Positions 24,474 through 37,109 of a stretch of DNA of 64,000 nucleotides are shown piece by piece. The notes below the pieces were generated by a model. The model was not told the origin of the DNA and searched no databases. It saw only the letters and a program-made list of their open reading frames with translations. The DNA is from Lama guanicoe (taxonomy: Eukaryota). The first letter of the stretch is position 1. The number at the start of each line of letters is the position of its first letter. Position numbers and translations under genes: made by a program. The DNA is taken from assembly GCA_013239625.1 (NCBI GenBank), contig MU053873.1, forward strand, positions 1,440,524 to 1,504,523. The letters run 5' to 3'.

Positions 24474-25916
24474 GAAGGGATACATTTTGATTTACAAACA
24501 GAATTCAGCCTTAGTGTAAAATGAAGCACATCTATAATTTCATCTCATGCTTGTTATGCATGCATTCCTGTTAACCTTAGGTATGTATATGTATATATAT
24601 TTAGCATCTATCCTTTAAAGTTTTTACAAATAATTTTCATAATGCCTTGGAAATATTTTAAGAAAAGGGAATTCTTTATAAATCCTAAAAGCCAAACTCA
24701 GCTTGTTCTGTAGATTTTGTTTGCATCTATAAATCTTTATAACACTTATAAAAAGGATATGTTCTAGTTGGTCATATTGTCAGTTTTTTTAAAGCTAATG
24801 AAAAGAACTTTAAGTGTGAATCTTTGAAGAGCCTGTGTGTGCATGGACTATATGAAGAAAGGATTCTTTCTATTTGAGTGTCCAATCTTTTACTAATCTA
24901 ATTATAGTACTTGCTACAGCTGATCCCACGGTGGGTAACCTTTTTCAGATATTTCTGTGGTTGATTTACCTTCATAATATAACTTGGATCTCCCTGTCGC
25001 CTACTATCTTTCTAGAGGTTTATAAGCCAAGTTTTATTTGTAACCCATCAGAGTCACATACAGTTCTGTGAGACCCTATGCCTTCAGTTTTGTGTTAAAA
25101 ATGAACAAAAAACAAACAAAAACTCCAACAACTTTTTAGTACATTTACAAACAACTAAGTGCTTCAGTTGGCTGCCCTTATATGTAGCCCTTTTGTGTCT
25201 AAGATAGGAGACTTCTCTAGCCTGGCTGGTCTCCCTTGCACTGTCTACTTAGAGAGAGCTACCTCTGATAACTAATACCCCTCACCCTGATAATGGGGCC
25301 AGATATCTTGCCAGTCACCTTAGTTCATTTCTAGTCCCTGATCATCACACTCTTTAGAGTATAATACTACTCTAGTATTAGCTTTTCAAATATAAACTTT
25401 TAAGAAATAACCTAGATTTTTTGTTTGTTTTTGCTTTTGCTCCCCCCCCGCCCCCCCCAAAAAAATTGGTTTAGGACAGACAAAAAGCAGTGGATACACT
25501 AAGTAATGACTCCTTGAAAAGCCAGACATCCTTTTAAGTCCTTCATTCATATTTAAAGTACGTTGGCCTATCACTGTAGTTTAAGAAAGTAACTTCAAGT
25601 GTATGTAACCTACCCAGGATATGACCTCATTCTAGACTGTCGAATCTCTTTCCCTTCTAGAATTGTTTAATAGTTATCTTTTTTAGAACTTTTTTTTCAG
25701 GGTACATAGGTGAGAAAGCCAAAGTATTGAAGAGTATTTATTTTGTTGGTATATTTTTATAAACTCTTGAAATGGGTGTTGTTAAAAATGTTTAAGTCTT
25801 CACACTCTTTTAAATGTTTTTACACAGTCTTTCAGCACCACCCACCGTTCTGTCTATCAGTTTAAACACTCATCTTACTAGACAGAGCATTTACATGTTG
25901 TAGTGTACACATTCAA

Positions 25917-25954
25917 ATGTGATTTCACAGTAATATGTGATTTCACAGTAATAT
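25917..25954. repeat. Perfect 18-bp tandem duplication
   Basis: atgtgatttcacagtaat x2, followed by 'at'. Confidence 0.95.
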
Positions 25955-26354
25955 TGTAGCATCCTGTTACCATGACAGGTTGGAAACATTATTTGTAGTT
26001 TTTCATCATTATAGTCAAAAAAATTAAAAAAAATAAGACTACTGTGTATCACTAGTCTTTTGCAGTAATGGGAAAAATAAGGAATCAAATAAATTGGATA
26101 GTTTACAAGAAAACAAAACAAGGAAAAGCAGTTACTTCATACATATCAGATTTCTTCTGGAGGTACTTGAAAACCTTGGTCTCTCCCAGTTGGTATATTC
26201 CATTCTTGTTTACTTTGTTCACTTTATTGTATGTAACTTTGTCACAAATAAGGAAAACTACCTAAAAACGCAGACGTCAGATAGCACTTTTGTTGTGCTG
26301 TGAGAGTGAGAGCGGGATAGAAATGAAATGATTGTTAATAAGGTTCTTCAATGC

Positions 26355-27870
26355 TTTTTTAAAAAACAGCTTTACTAAGATATTATTGACATACTACAAA
26401 TTACACATATTTAAAATGTACAATTTGATAAATTTTGACATGTGTATACAAACATGAAACCATCATCTCAATCAAGAGAGTGAACATACCCACCACCCAT
26501 AAAAGTTTCCTTGTGTGTGCCCTTTGTGGTTCCTCCCAGCAGTACCTTCCCCAGCAACATCCAGTATCCTTTCTGTAAACTACTTTGCATTTTCTCAATT
26601 TTTATATAAATGGAATCATATAGTATGTACTCTTTTGTGTCTGGCTTCTGCCACCTGGCATATTAAGCATAATTATTTTGAGTTTTATCCATGTTCTTGC
26701 ATACATCAATAGTTCATTGCTTTTTATTGTGGAGTGGCTTTCCTTTGTATTGATATACCACAATATATTTATTCACATGTTAAAGTGAACTTGAATTGTT
26801 TCAGTTTTCGGCTGTTATACATAAGACTGCTATAAGAGTTTATGTATAAATCTTTGATGGATATATATTTTTTATTTCCTCTTGGGTAAGTAGGAGTGGA
26901 GTGCCTAAATCGTATGGTGGGTATATTTAACTTTTAAAGAAACTGATCAACTGTTTTCAAAAATGGTTGTATCATTTTACAGTCCCACTGTTAGGTGATG
27001 AGAATTCTAGTTTCTCCATATCCTTGCCAACACTTGGCATGTATGGTCAGTCTTTTTTATTTAGTCATTTTAATAGCTGTATAGTGGTATTTCATTATGG
27101 TTTTAATTTGAATTCCTCTAATGACCAATGATATTGAACATCTTTGTTTTGTTTGTTTTTGTTTTGTTTTATGATGGGGAGGTAATTAGGTTTATTCATT
27201 GATTTATGTTTGGAGGAGGTATTGGGGAGGTAATTAGGTTTATTCATTGATTTATGTTTGGAGGAGGTATTGGGGATTGAACCCAAGACCTTGTGTGTGC
27301 TAACCAAACACTCTACCACTTGAGCTACACCGTCCCACCTTGAACATCTTTTCATGTGCTTATTTACCATTCATGTATCTTCTTTGCTCAGGTGTCTAAA
27401 TCTTTTGCCATTTTTTCCCCATGGAGTTGTTTGTTTTCTCATTGATGAATTTTGAGGGCTCTTCTTAACCTGAACATAAATCCTTTTTCACATATATGCT
27501 TTGCAAAGTTTTTCTCAGTTTCTGGGTTATCTTTTTATTCTCCTAATTGTCTTTTGGGGATCAGAGGTTTTTAATTTTTGTGAAGTGCTTTTTTAAAATT
27601 TTATTTTATAGATTGTACTTTTGGTGTCACGTGTAAGAAATTTTTGCTTACTCCAAAGTCATAAAGATTTATCCTGTGCTTTCTTCTAGATGTTTTTTAG
27701 TTTTAGGTCTTATATTTCAGTCTATGGTTGATTTTTCAGTTGATTGTTGTGTATGGTATGAACTGTGGGTCTACATTTTTTTTTTTTTTTTGCATATGGC
27801 TATTCAGTTGTTCTAGCACCCTTTGTTGAAAGGCCATCCTTTCTCCACTGCATTGCCTTTGTCTAAAACC
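26355..27870 (-). mobile_element. Old L1 (L1MB/MD-like) 3' fragment with ORF2 tail
   Basis: 3' end 'cagctttactaagatattattgacatac...aaaatgtacaatttgat' and ORF2-like 'ccatatccttgccaacacttgg' and 'ttctagcaccctttgttgaaa'. Confidence 0.85.
27146..27339 (-). mobile_element. Camelid tRNA-derived SINE (Vic-1-like) nested in L1
   Basis: The minus strand carries an A box TAGCTCAAGTGG and a B box GGTTCAATCC, the tail 'cctaattacctcccc', and an (AAAAC)-like tail. 12-bp TSD TTGAACATCTTT at 27134-27145 and 27340-27351. Confidence 0.88.
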
Positions 27871-28049
27871 AATGGATTTTTCTTATTGTGCCTTTTTGTT
27901 TTTCTGTTGTGTTGTTCAACACTGTGAAAACAAAACGATAAAGGCCAAATTCTTTGGAAAATAAACAAGACTTTTAATACAAATTTTGCCTCATTTTAAC
28001 TCTACTTGTTCATCTCCTGCCATCACTGGTCTCTTCCCATCTCCCTGTT

Positions 28050-28410
28050 TTACTATGTGGAATTGCTTTTTCTTCCCTGATTGTGTCGTTGGCTTTCATG
28101 TCTCTGTGCTTTTCCACAAGCTCTTCCCTCTGCCTGAGTTATTCTTTCCCCAGTGAAGCATCAACTCCTTTGTTAAGTATGTCCAAGTGCCACCTCTGAG
28201 AAACCACTCATTGCCTATGTTAACTGCTCCCTTCTTCGCCTCACCAAAGCAATGTAGACAGACCTCTACTGAGTACTTACCACTTTCTGTTATGATAATA
28301 TACTTGCATATCTGTCTTTCCTAAAACTATGGGCTCATGAAAAGACAGGGACAGGGATCATGACTAATTTATCTTTGTATCCCAGTGGGTAGAGCTCACT
28401 AAGTAAGAAA
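28050..28410 (+). mobile_element. L2 3' fragment
   Basis: 'ctcttccctctgcctgag...aaactatgggctcatgaaaagacagggac...atctttgtatcccagtg'. Confidence 0.6.
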
Positions 28411-29621
28411 ATGTTAAAAATGGGTGATTGAGAGAAAAGAGAGGAAATTAGGAGTGATAATTTTAAGAGAAAAACTCATTGAGAAGAAAACACATTGTGT
28501 TTAGATTTGGTTTGTTTTGTGGGCAGGATGTCAGATGGGCTATAGGAAATCTTAGATAGAACTGCATATTTTTCCATGCATTTATTTATTAACTGGACAG
28601 GCTTCTTGGTTGAAATTTGGTATTATTTCTTTACACAGTTAAATACAGTTAGTTAGTAAATGACAGAAGAAAATAACAGAAGATTGTAATCAGGAAAGGT
28701 ATGAGAATGGTATTTTTAACCTACATATAAAAAGAAGAAGAAAGAAGCTGTGGAACCAATAGCTACTTGAATTGGGGCAAAATGCCTTTCCTTTTTGGTT
28801 CAGTTTTATATAATATTTAGCACTTAACCATGTGCAAATTCGTGTTTAATAAATACATGAGTGATATGGGCCATGTTTTATATTATTGCTTTAAAGTTGC
28901 TTGTGAATGACATTTAATACTACTGCCTTTTTACATACAGTTTTTAAAAATTCTTAATCCTGATGAAAGGGATTTAATTAGAAATGTCCATGGGATCTGA
29001 TTTTGGTACTAATTTTACATTGTATTACTCAGTAATGTTTGGCAGGATTTCTAATGACTAATAAATTCAAGTTAAAGGGAAAAGTGACTATAAGTAATAC
29101 ACAAATATGCATGTGTACACATCAGTATCAACACATAGATTTCATTTTTTTTCGTGTTAATGAGAATGGACTTCACCAAAGAGAATAAGATTTGTTTTCT
29201 TCTAGCATTTGCAGAAATAGCCTCAAACAGAGGCCCTGAGCCCATTAGCACTAATGAAAAGAGTCCCGCAAGGGAATAAGATGGCTGCCTCATGTTTGCA
29301 TGTGGTGATCTTATATATGTTCTGCTATAGGTTCCCAAAGCTTGCTTCTGTCTTTTCAGGTTCATGTGCCTTTTTCCTGGTAGCTCTTATGAATGACACT
29401 TATGCTTCATTGCTATCAATTGTCTCATGACCTTCCTAATTTTGAGTAGTACCAAAATAAATCTGTCACATCAGAGTTGTTTGTATGTGCTGATGGTGTT
29501 GAAATAAAATGAATTGTTTCTGAGTTTCAGATTCAATATTGATGTCTTAGTGGGAAGAATATCTTTGTATCCAGCTTTGATAGTGTTAAACTTTGTTGTA
29601 AAACAAACAAAAAATGGGTGT

Positions 29622-30270
29622 AGCTCAGAGGATTTTTAGGGCAGTGAAACTACTCTGTATGATGTTATACTGGTGGGTACATGTCATTATACATTTGGCC
29701 AAACCTGTAGAATGTATAACATCAACAGTAAACTCTGATGTAAATTATGAACTTTGAGTGATAATGATGTGTTAATGTAGGTTCATCAGTTGCAATAAAT
29801 GTACGACTCTGGTAGGGGATGTTAATAGTGGGGGAAACAATGTGTGTGTGTGTGTGTGGGGGGGTATATGGGAAATCTCTGTACCTTCCTCTCAATATTG
29901 CTGTGAACCTAAAACTACACTTACAGAGAAAGACAAATATATGATATCACTTATATGTGGAATCTAAAAAATGATGCAAATGAACTCATTTACAAAACAG
30001 GAAGAGACTCACAGACATAGGAAACAAACTTATGGTTACCAAAGGGAGTAGCAGATACAAACTACTATATGTAAAATAGACAAACAACATGTATATAGCA
30101 CAGGGACTACATTCAATATCCTGTAATAACCTATAACAAAAAAGAATATGAAAAAGTATGTAAATATATTCACTATGCTGTATGCCAGAAACTAACACAA
30201 CATTGTAAAGCAATTATACTTCAATGAAAAAAAATTTTAAATGAAACTGCTCTAAAACAAGGTCTTTAAA
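29622..30270 (+). mobile_element. L1MC-like 3' UTR with internal (TG)n, interrupted near its end
   Basis: 'gaggatttttagggcagtgaaactactctgtatgat...gggaaatctctgtaccttcc...tgctgtgaacctaaaact', resuming at 30244 with 'aaactgctctaaaa'. Confidence 0.85.
29922..30243 (+). mobile_element. Younger artiodactyl-type L1 3' end nested in the L1MC tail
   Basis: 'cagagaaagacaaatat...atcacttatatgtggaatctaaaaaatgat...acattgtaaagcaattatacttcaat' followed by an A-tail. Degenerate TSD aaactacact / aaactgctct. Confidence 0.85.
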
Positions 30271-33144
30271 AAAAAAAAACACCAAACACAAGAAAATAAT
30301 ATTTTTAACTGCCATCTCAATGTGTATTTTACCAGTGTTTCAGAAATACTGTCCTAATTAGTATTTGAAACTAGCTTTATTGCAAGTTACTAAGGAAGAA
30401 TTTTGCATGATCTCAGGTACATTGTTCACAGAGTTCTGTCCAGGATCCCAGAGGAGGCTGCAGGGTCAGTTAAGCAAGTAGGATCCTCACAAGTACACTG
30501 TTTCCCTTCTCTGCATCTAAGCAGGCCGTTTTTATATATTAGACTTCTGGTTAAGATTTTGTTTGAAGATACTGGCTTCTTCAAGTTTTTGATTTTGATG
30601 TTGGTGATGGTGATATGGAGAGGAGTGGGGAAGAGGGGAAGAAAGAGGGAGAAAGAGGAGGGAGGGAGGGATGGAAAAAGAGAAGTAAAATTTTGGATTA
30701 GGCATCAGATGTTTTAGAATCAGACATGTTATCCATGTCATCTTGGACAAATAACTTCTGGGCTTTAATTTTCACTTCTGTAAATGGTGGGTGGGGGGTT
30801 GGGGGAGAGGGTTTAAAGTAGATGACCTCAGGGTAATACTTTCTGTACAATGTCCTATGTATTGCTCGGAACAGGGGCAGTCTGAGCACACGCAGATCAG
30901 AGTTCTTTGCCCTGACCTTCCCAGTCTCATACCCCTGGGCTAGATGGTTTTATAAAGAGACATTGAAGCCTGACATTGATGAGAGGCCACTCTAGTGTCT
31001 CAGAATTTCCCTGTTCTGAATGGCACTCGGTATGCTTGCCTATCATGATCCATAAGCACAGCCTCTCTGTTACCAATGTGCATCTGTTTGGCAGCTGGCA
31101 GGTGGCAGGTGGGCCTAGCAGGAGGCAAGTTCTGTTTCCTGGGATCTGCCCATACCTGCTACTTGATGGGCAGATGGATGCCACTGAATCCAGAAAGAAT
31201 TTCCCTCCCAAAAGTCTCAGGCATTAAGAAAAATGGTAGCGTAGGCAGAAGCACTTCTTCTCTAACTCCAGTAACACGTGTCTCATATGAGGAAGAATGG
31301 ATTATTGGATTCTGGCTGGGGAGCTCTTTCCTTGACCCAGTCACTAAACCAAATATACCTGATCAATTCAAAATCTGATTTGAGAGGTTATCAGACAAAG
31401 GTTGTTTAAATGGGTGAGATACATGGCTATAGTCAGTCAGGATATATGTGTTATCCTGATGTAACACCTGAGATAGCCACTAGGGATAATGGAAGGGAGT
31501 TTGACACTTTTCTTTCCTTACTATTTAATTTTAGTCATTCAATCCATATTCTAGAATTCAGCCCATAGGCTCAAACCTATTAGTAGTTAAAATTATGCTG
31601 AAGTGTTTTTACCCTTGCTGTGGGGAGTTCTTATTAATGAAATAGTTTGATTATTAGTTATCACCATTATTCTCTTTGGAATTGATTTTGCTTTATGGTT
31701 CAGTAATTTTCTGAAAGGTTAGAGGAACCAAGGTAATTTCTCAGGTAAGATCATGTCCCATTGTACTTAGAGAGCTGAAGACAGGGGATGTGAAAGGCCA
31801 CATAGGAAAGAGGACAGCAGAATAGTAAAAAGGAAGGAGTTGAGAATAAGAACCCATTGGGAACTGAAGAGAAGCCACAGGTAAGGAGGGTCAGGAACCA
31901 CAGTGGTCCTTACTCACTGCCTGCAGCTGCTGCATTACAGGCCAGTGGAATCTGCGAACCTCAGGCTGGAGGCAATTACTTCAAAATAATAAATTCCTTG
32001 GCGTGAAATGTTTCATCTACTGAGTAGGAGAATGAGTTTTGTGATATATGAGGATATTATTGGCTTAGGACAAGGCTTTCTTTCCTAATTGGAGGTGCTT
32101 TGTGGCTCACTATTAGCATACCAGCTGATCCCTCTTGTGTTGCACTGCCAATTGCTGATTAACTGCTTTTATGTATGCAGAGCTGACAAGTCGCCTCATT
32201 TAGAAACAAACAGTAGTGCTCCAAGGAACTAGTCAGAAGTTCAAACTGACATTTGGAAATTGTAAACCCCAGACTTCATGACAAGTAATGCTGTCAGTTT
32301 AAATTATAGCTTTTCTACCTAGAGATAGGATAAAAAGAGCTAGTAATACAGCCTGTGACCAGTGTATTAGAGAGAGATTCTGCTCTAGTGAGCTGAGAGA
32401 TTGTGCTATTTGGATCTAACATTCAGTTGCACTTTTTTTCCCTTGGGTATTTTCTGGGTGATCAGCCAGTGTGAAGGGTCGACACTGCGAATGGTTGTAA
32501 CAAATGCTTATTAGTTCAACCCCCCCAAAATGCTCTCTTTTTGCTTTCAGGGGAGACTTTTGAGTAACTGAATTAGGAAACGAATGACTTGAGAGTTCAA
32601 GTCTCAAAATAAAGCACTTTATGTTAACATGAGGAAGTTCAGCAACACTTTCACTATCTGGAAATATTGAATTATGTAAAATACGTGGAATGTGGGTAAG
32701 GAAGAGTCAAGATGAAGAAAATAGGTCCCTCCTCGATTTTGCAGTCTCCTAGCTAAGCACTTCCCCATCATCCCTGTTGCTACTATTTGTCTGGCATTTT
32801 GATGAACTTTCTCCCAACTAAATCAAGGAATCAGCTCTTCTGTAGTGAAAGTATGTTGTATCTCAGATAGCATGGTCTCAAGGTGCATATTGGATGGGGT
32901 ATTCTGGAAAAAAAAAACCTGACTTTACACCTGTTACTTCTTTCTCTCTCTCTTTTTAGACTACTGTTTCTATAAAGCCATTCAATTCTAGAATGTGAAA
33001 AATCAATTTAAAAAAATCTGACTGGAATTGACAGAAGTTTGATAGAAACACTTTTCACCCAATAACTAAACCAGCAGCTCAAGTACAGAATGGCCACTCC
33101 TCTAGTCCCCTCCTATCTGCCCTTTGCCTAGGAAACACATTACA

Positions 33145-33350
33145 CTGGAAAGAATCCTGGACTTGGAGTTGGGAGGCATGAGCTTAACACCTGCTTCTCC
33201 ATGCCCTGGGCAATGTAGTTCACCTTTCTGAGTCATTTTTTTAATCCATAAAATGAGGATACCTATTCATCTCTATTTATAGGTTTTTTGTGGGACTGAA
33301 ATGAAATTGAAACTATTTGTGGACTGTGATGTTTCATGCAGATGTAAGGT
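33145..33350 (+). mobile_element. MIR SINE
   Basis: 'tggaaagaatcctggacttggagttggga...ccctgggcaatgtagttcacctttctgagtc...cataaaatgaggata'. Confidence 0.7.
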
Positions 33351-33379
33351 GGGATTTTTAGGATTATTATGTGGTATAG

Positions 33380-33978
33380 CCAGGACCAGGGTCTGCAGTT
33401 AGTGTAGTTACATAAGATCTCATGCTCAGAAGGGGATCCTGTGCTTAGAATTTAATGCTGCGTGCTCATCATCTTGAAATTCTGAACAATTGTATCTTTG
33501 ATTTATATTTTGTGAGTGAAGTCAGGTGGGACAATGGAGTGTGTGCTGGGAGCATGAGCTTCCATGATATAGCCTTTTTCTACTTCTTAATCACTTCCCT
33601 GGAATGAATTCTCCACTGCCCACTCCCCGACCCCTGCCCAGAGGCTGCTGCCACTCTTCACCCTTCACAGGGCCTTGGATATGGGCACAGGAGGAGTGGG
33701 ATTTGGTGTGTATCCTACATAACAAGCTGTGGGTGGTGCCTGGCTGCCTGTGAGAATCTACATTGTCCTACAAACATCCTCATGCCCTAGTGCAATATTA
33801 AGTAGCCCAATATTAAGTAGCAAATAAAAAAAAAACATTATGACCATATAGAAAGACCACAGGGAGATAAAAAAGGAAGAAGCTCTTTTTTCTGCTTTTA
33901 AACAAGCAGCCCCACATTTTCATTTTGTTCTGGCCTCCACAAATTATGGCTACCCCACAAAATATGTAACTAGGCCCA
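33380..33978 (+). mobile_element. hAT-Tip100 non-autonomous element (MER45B/C-like)
   Basis: Left 'gctcagaaggggatcctgtgcttagaatttaatgctg...catcttgaaattct' and right 'aacaagcagccccacattttcattttgttctggcctccacaaattatg' match the MER45 ends. Confidence 0.75.
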
Positions 33979-34819
33979 AGTACAGTAATTTTCAAACTCT
34001 TGCCTTTCAGAGCCTTTAGGGATTTCTCTGGGCCCCTTCAAGTCCCCCATGGTATAGGTAAGAGTGATTATGGCAAGAACAGTTTGGTAGAGGGGAATAG
34101 GGAGTAGTCAGGTGGGGAGTGTGGAGAAGTGAGTCAAAGGTAAGGGTGTTGATAGCAATTGAAACAGAAACAAACTTACTCAAAACACTGGCCTTGAAGG
34201 GTAGGGAAGAGAGTGGCAGCTGAAGTAGGATGTAAAATAGAGGGAAGAGTTGTTTCTTTGTTTTTATGAGAGAACTGAGAATATTGAAATGTTAATAAGA
34301 TGAAGTCAGCAGAGAGGGAAAAGTTAAATACCATTTCTAAAATATTTACTAAAAATTTACCATATAGTTTTTGCTGTACATTTTTAAACTGACGTTCAAA
34401 AGTTTTCATTTTCCAAAGCAACAGAAGGCGCCTTAAGCTTCTGTTCGTTATAACCAAATAGGGGAGGGCAGTGTGAGTCCCCTTAATGTGGCTCAGGGCC
34501 ATCCATATTTGGCTGTCTTTTCAGCTGTCGGGCTGGTGTGGAGCAGAAGGCCATACAATCCGTTCTTGACTCAATAGTACAGCAGGGTGATCTTCTGCCC
34601 TGGCACACTGTGTTTGGGTGTGAGATCTGTTGGGCTTTCAAATACTCAGTCATGCAGCCTGCTAGGGGCAGCTGTCATATTGGCTCCTTCAGGTATCTGG
34701 GACAACTTTTGGCAGTGACCACTATTCTTTGACTCCCTAGGAAACTGGAATTAATTGGCTCTTACTTGAATAGAATATTTATCAGAATTTGAAAGTAGTG
34801 AATAGGAGTATTTTGGATT

Positions 34820-34965
34820 ACTATATGTCTGTTTCTTTATCTGTAAAATGGGAATAGTAATCCCTACCTCACAAATTATTGAGAGGATTAAATGGGATAA
34901 GATATGTAAAATGCTTAATACAGGGTCTGGTGCATGATTTGATGCTTGACAAATATTAGTTTCCT
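34820..34965 (+). mobile_element. MIR SINE, 3' half
   Basis: 'tttctttatctgtaaaatgggaatagtaatccctacctcac...gaggattaaatgggataa'. Confidence 0.85.
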
Positions 34966-35199
34966 TCTTCATTTCTCTCTCTTAAAAAAATAAGTGTTGT
35001 GTGGCTGTGACTTTCTTGATGCAGTAGAGATGGTTTAATAAATTATGTGCAAAATCAATTAAGAATTTCTAATTTTGTTGGGATGAAATTTCCATTAAAA
35101 GAAAGCTTTCAGTGATAATTTCTTTTCCAAAGAAGGGGAAATACTTTTGTAAAGAAAACAACTCTGGTTTATTTTTTAAAATATTTTTCTGTATAATGT

Positions 35200-35360
35200 C
35201 AAGTAGATTCTAACCTCCGTGGATCTCCCTTTTCTTACCTGTAAAATCAGGATAATAATATACAGTGTGCTATTGTATGATATGTTGTGATGAAGTTTAT
35301 GTAAGAGTGGTGGCTAGCAGCACATTGTAAGTGCTCAATAAATATGAGCAATAATGATTA
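35200..35360 (+). mobile_element. MIR SINE fragment
   Basis: 'tttcttacctgtaaaatcaggataataata...gcacattgtaagtgctcaataaatatgagc'. Confidence 0.65.
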
Positions 35361-35534
35361 TTTTCTTCAACTGTGTATTATTTTGAGATTATGTAACCAA
35401 CCTGTATTTTTAAATACTTATACCCATATTTGTGATAGTAAAGTAGTATTTTTTCTTTATTCTTAAAGATGTTTACAGTATTTTAGTACATATCAATAAC
35501 ATTAGGAAGAAGCATACTGAGTCACATGCCATTT

Positions 35535-37070
35535 ATGTTTATTTGTGGTGGTAAAATATACATATCATAGGATTTATCATTCTAACCATTTTTAAGTGCA
35601 TGATTCAGTGGCGTTGAGTACATTCACAATTATGCAAGTATCGCCACTTTTCAGGTCCAGAACTTTTTCATCACCCAAACAGAAACTTAGTACCCATTAC
35701 ATATTAACTCCCCATTCCTCCTAGGTTACTCCCAGCCCCTGGTAACCTTTGTTCTACTTTCTGTTTTTATAACTTTGCCTATTCCAGGTACATCATATAA
35801 GTGAAGTCATAAAATGTATATCCTTTTATGTCTGGCTTATTTCATTCAGCATAATGTTTTCATGGTTTAGCTGTGATGTAACACATATCAGAATTTTGTT
35901 CCTCTTTATGACTAATTTCTATTGTATGTATATGCCACATTTTGTTTGTCTACTCATCTGTTGATGAACACTTGGTTATTTCTACCTGTTGGATATTATG
36001 AATAATGCTGCTATGAATATTGACATACAAGTATCTGTTAGAGTCCCTGCTTTCTATTTTTTGGGGGTATATACCTAGCAGTGGAATTGCTTGATCATAT
36101 GGTATATCTATGTTTAACTTTTTGGAGAACTGCCAAACTGTTTTCCACAGTGGTGTACCATTTTATATTCCCACCTGCAGGGTACCAGAGTTCTGATTTC
36201 TCTACATCTTTGCCAATACCAATTTTTTATTTTTGCCATTTTTTGGATAATAGCAATCCTAGTGGATGTGAAGTGGTTTCTCACAGAGGTTTTGATTTTC
36301 CTAATATTTAATGACGTTGAACATCTTCTCTTGTGCTTGTTAGTAATTTGTGTATCTTCTTTGGAGAAATGTCTTTTCAAGTCCTTGGCCCATTTTTACA
36401 TTTTTTTGTTGTTGACTTATAGGAGTTCTTTATATGTTTTGGATATTAATCCCTTATCAGATATATGATTTGCAAATATCTTCTCCCATTTCTTTGGATT
36501 GTCTTTTCACTCTGTTGATAGTGTCCTTTGTTATGTGAAATTGTTTAGTTTTGATGAAGTCCAGTTTGTCTATTTGTTTCTTCTGTTGCTTGTGCTTATA
36601 GTGTCATATCCAAGAAAGCATTGCCAGATCCATTGTCATGAAGCTCTTCCCTTATGTTTTCTTTGAAGATTTTTATACTTTTAGCTCTTACCTTTAGGTC
36701 TTTTATCCATTTTGAGTTAATACCTTTACATAGTATAAAGTAAGAGTCCAGCGTCATTCTTTTGAATGTAGATATCCAGTTTTCCCAGCACAGTTTGTTA
36801 AAAAGACCTCTCTTTCTTTATTAGATGGTCTTGGCACTGTTGTTGAAAATCAATTGACCGTGGATATGAAGGTTTATTTCTGGTCTCTATTCTATTCCAT
36901 TGGTCTGTGTCTGTCTTTATGCCAGTATGACACTGTTTTAGATACTGTAGCTTTGTAGTTAAGTTTTGAAGTCAGGAAGTATGAGTCTCACAATTTAGTT
37001 CTTTTTCAAAGTTGTTTTGGTTATTCAAGGTTCCTTGAGATTCGATATGCATTTTAGGATAGGTTTTTTT
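35535..37070 (-). mobile_element. L1MB-like 3' fragment (~1.5 kb of ORF2 tail and 3'UTR)
   Basis: 3' end 'gtggtaaaatatacatatcatag...ccatttttaagtg'. The ORF-track peptide KRHFSKEDTQITNKHKRRCSTSL is an ORF2 C-terminal motif. Confidence 0.9.
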
Positions 37071-37109
37071 GTTCTATCTGCTATTAGTATCTTTGTTAAT
37101 TTAAATTAA

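Noticed and set aside
27260..27339. tRNA-like sequence with A and B boxes
   Set aside because: It is the head of a TSD-flanked SINE with a degenerate cloverleaf, not a tRNA gene.
27095..27370. ORF with the repeated peptide PNTSSKHKSMNKPNYL
   Set aside because: It is an artefact of the 48-bp duplication in the SINE joined to L1 ORF2 relic sequence.
30927..31378. Cluster of overlapping ORFs on both strands
   Set aside because: Locally higher GC explains the open frames and the peptides are unrecognisable.
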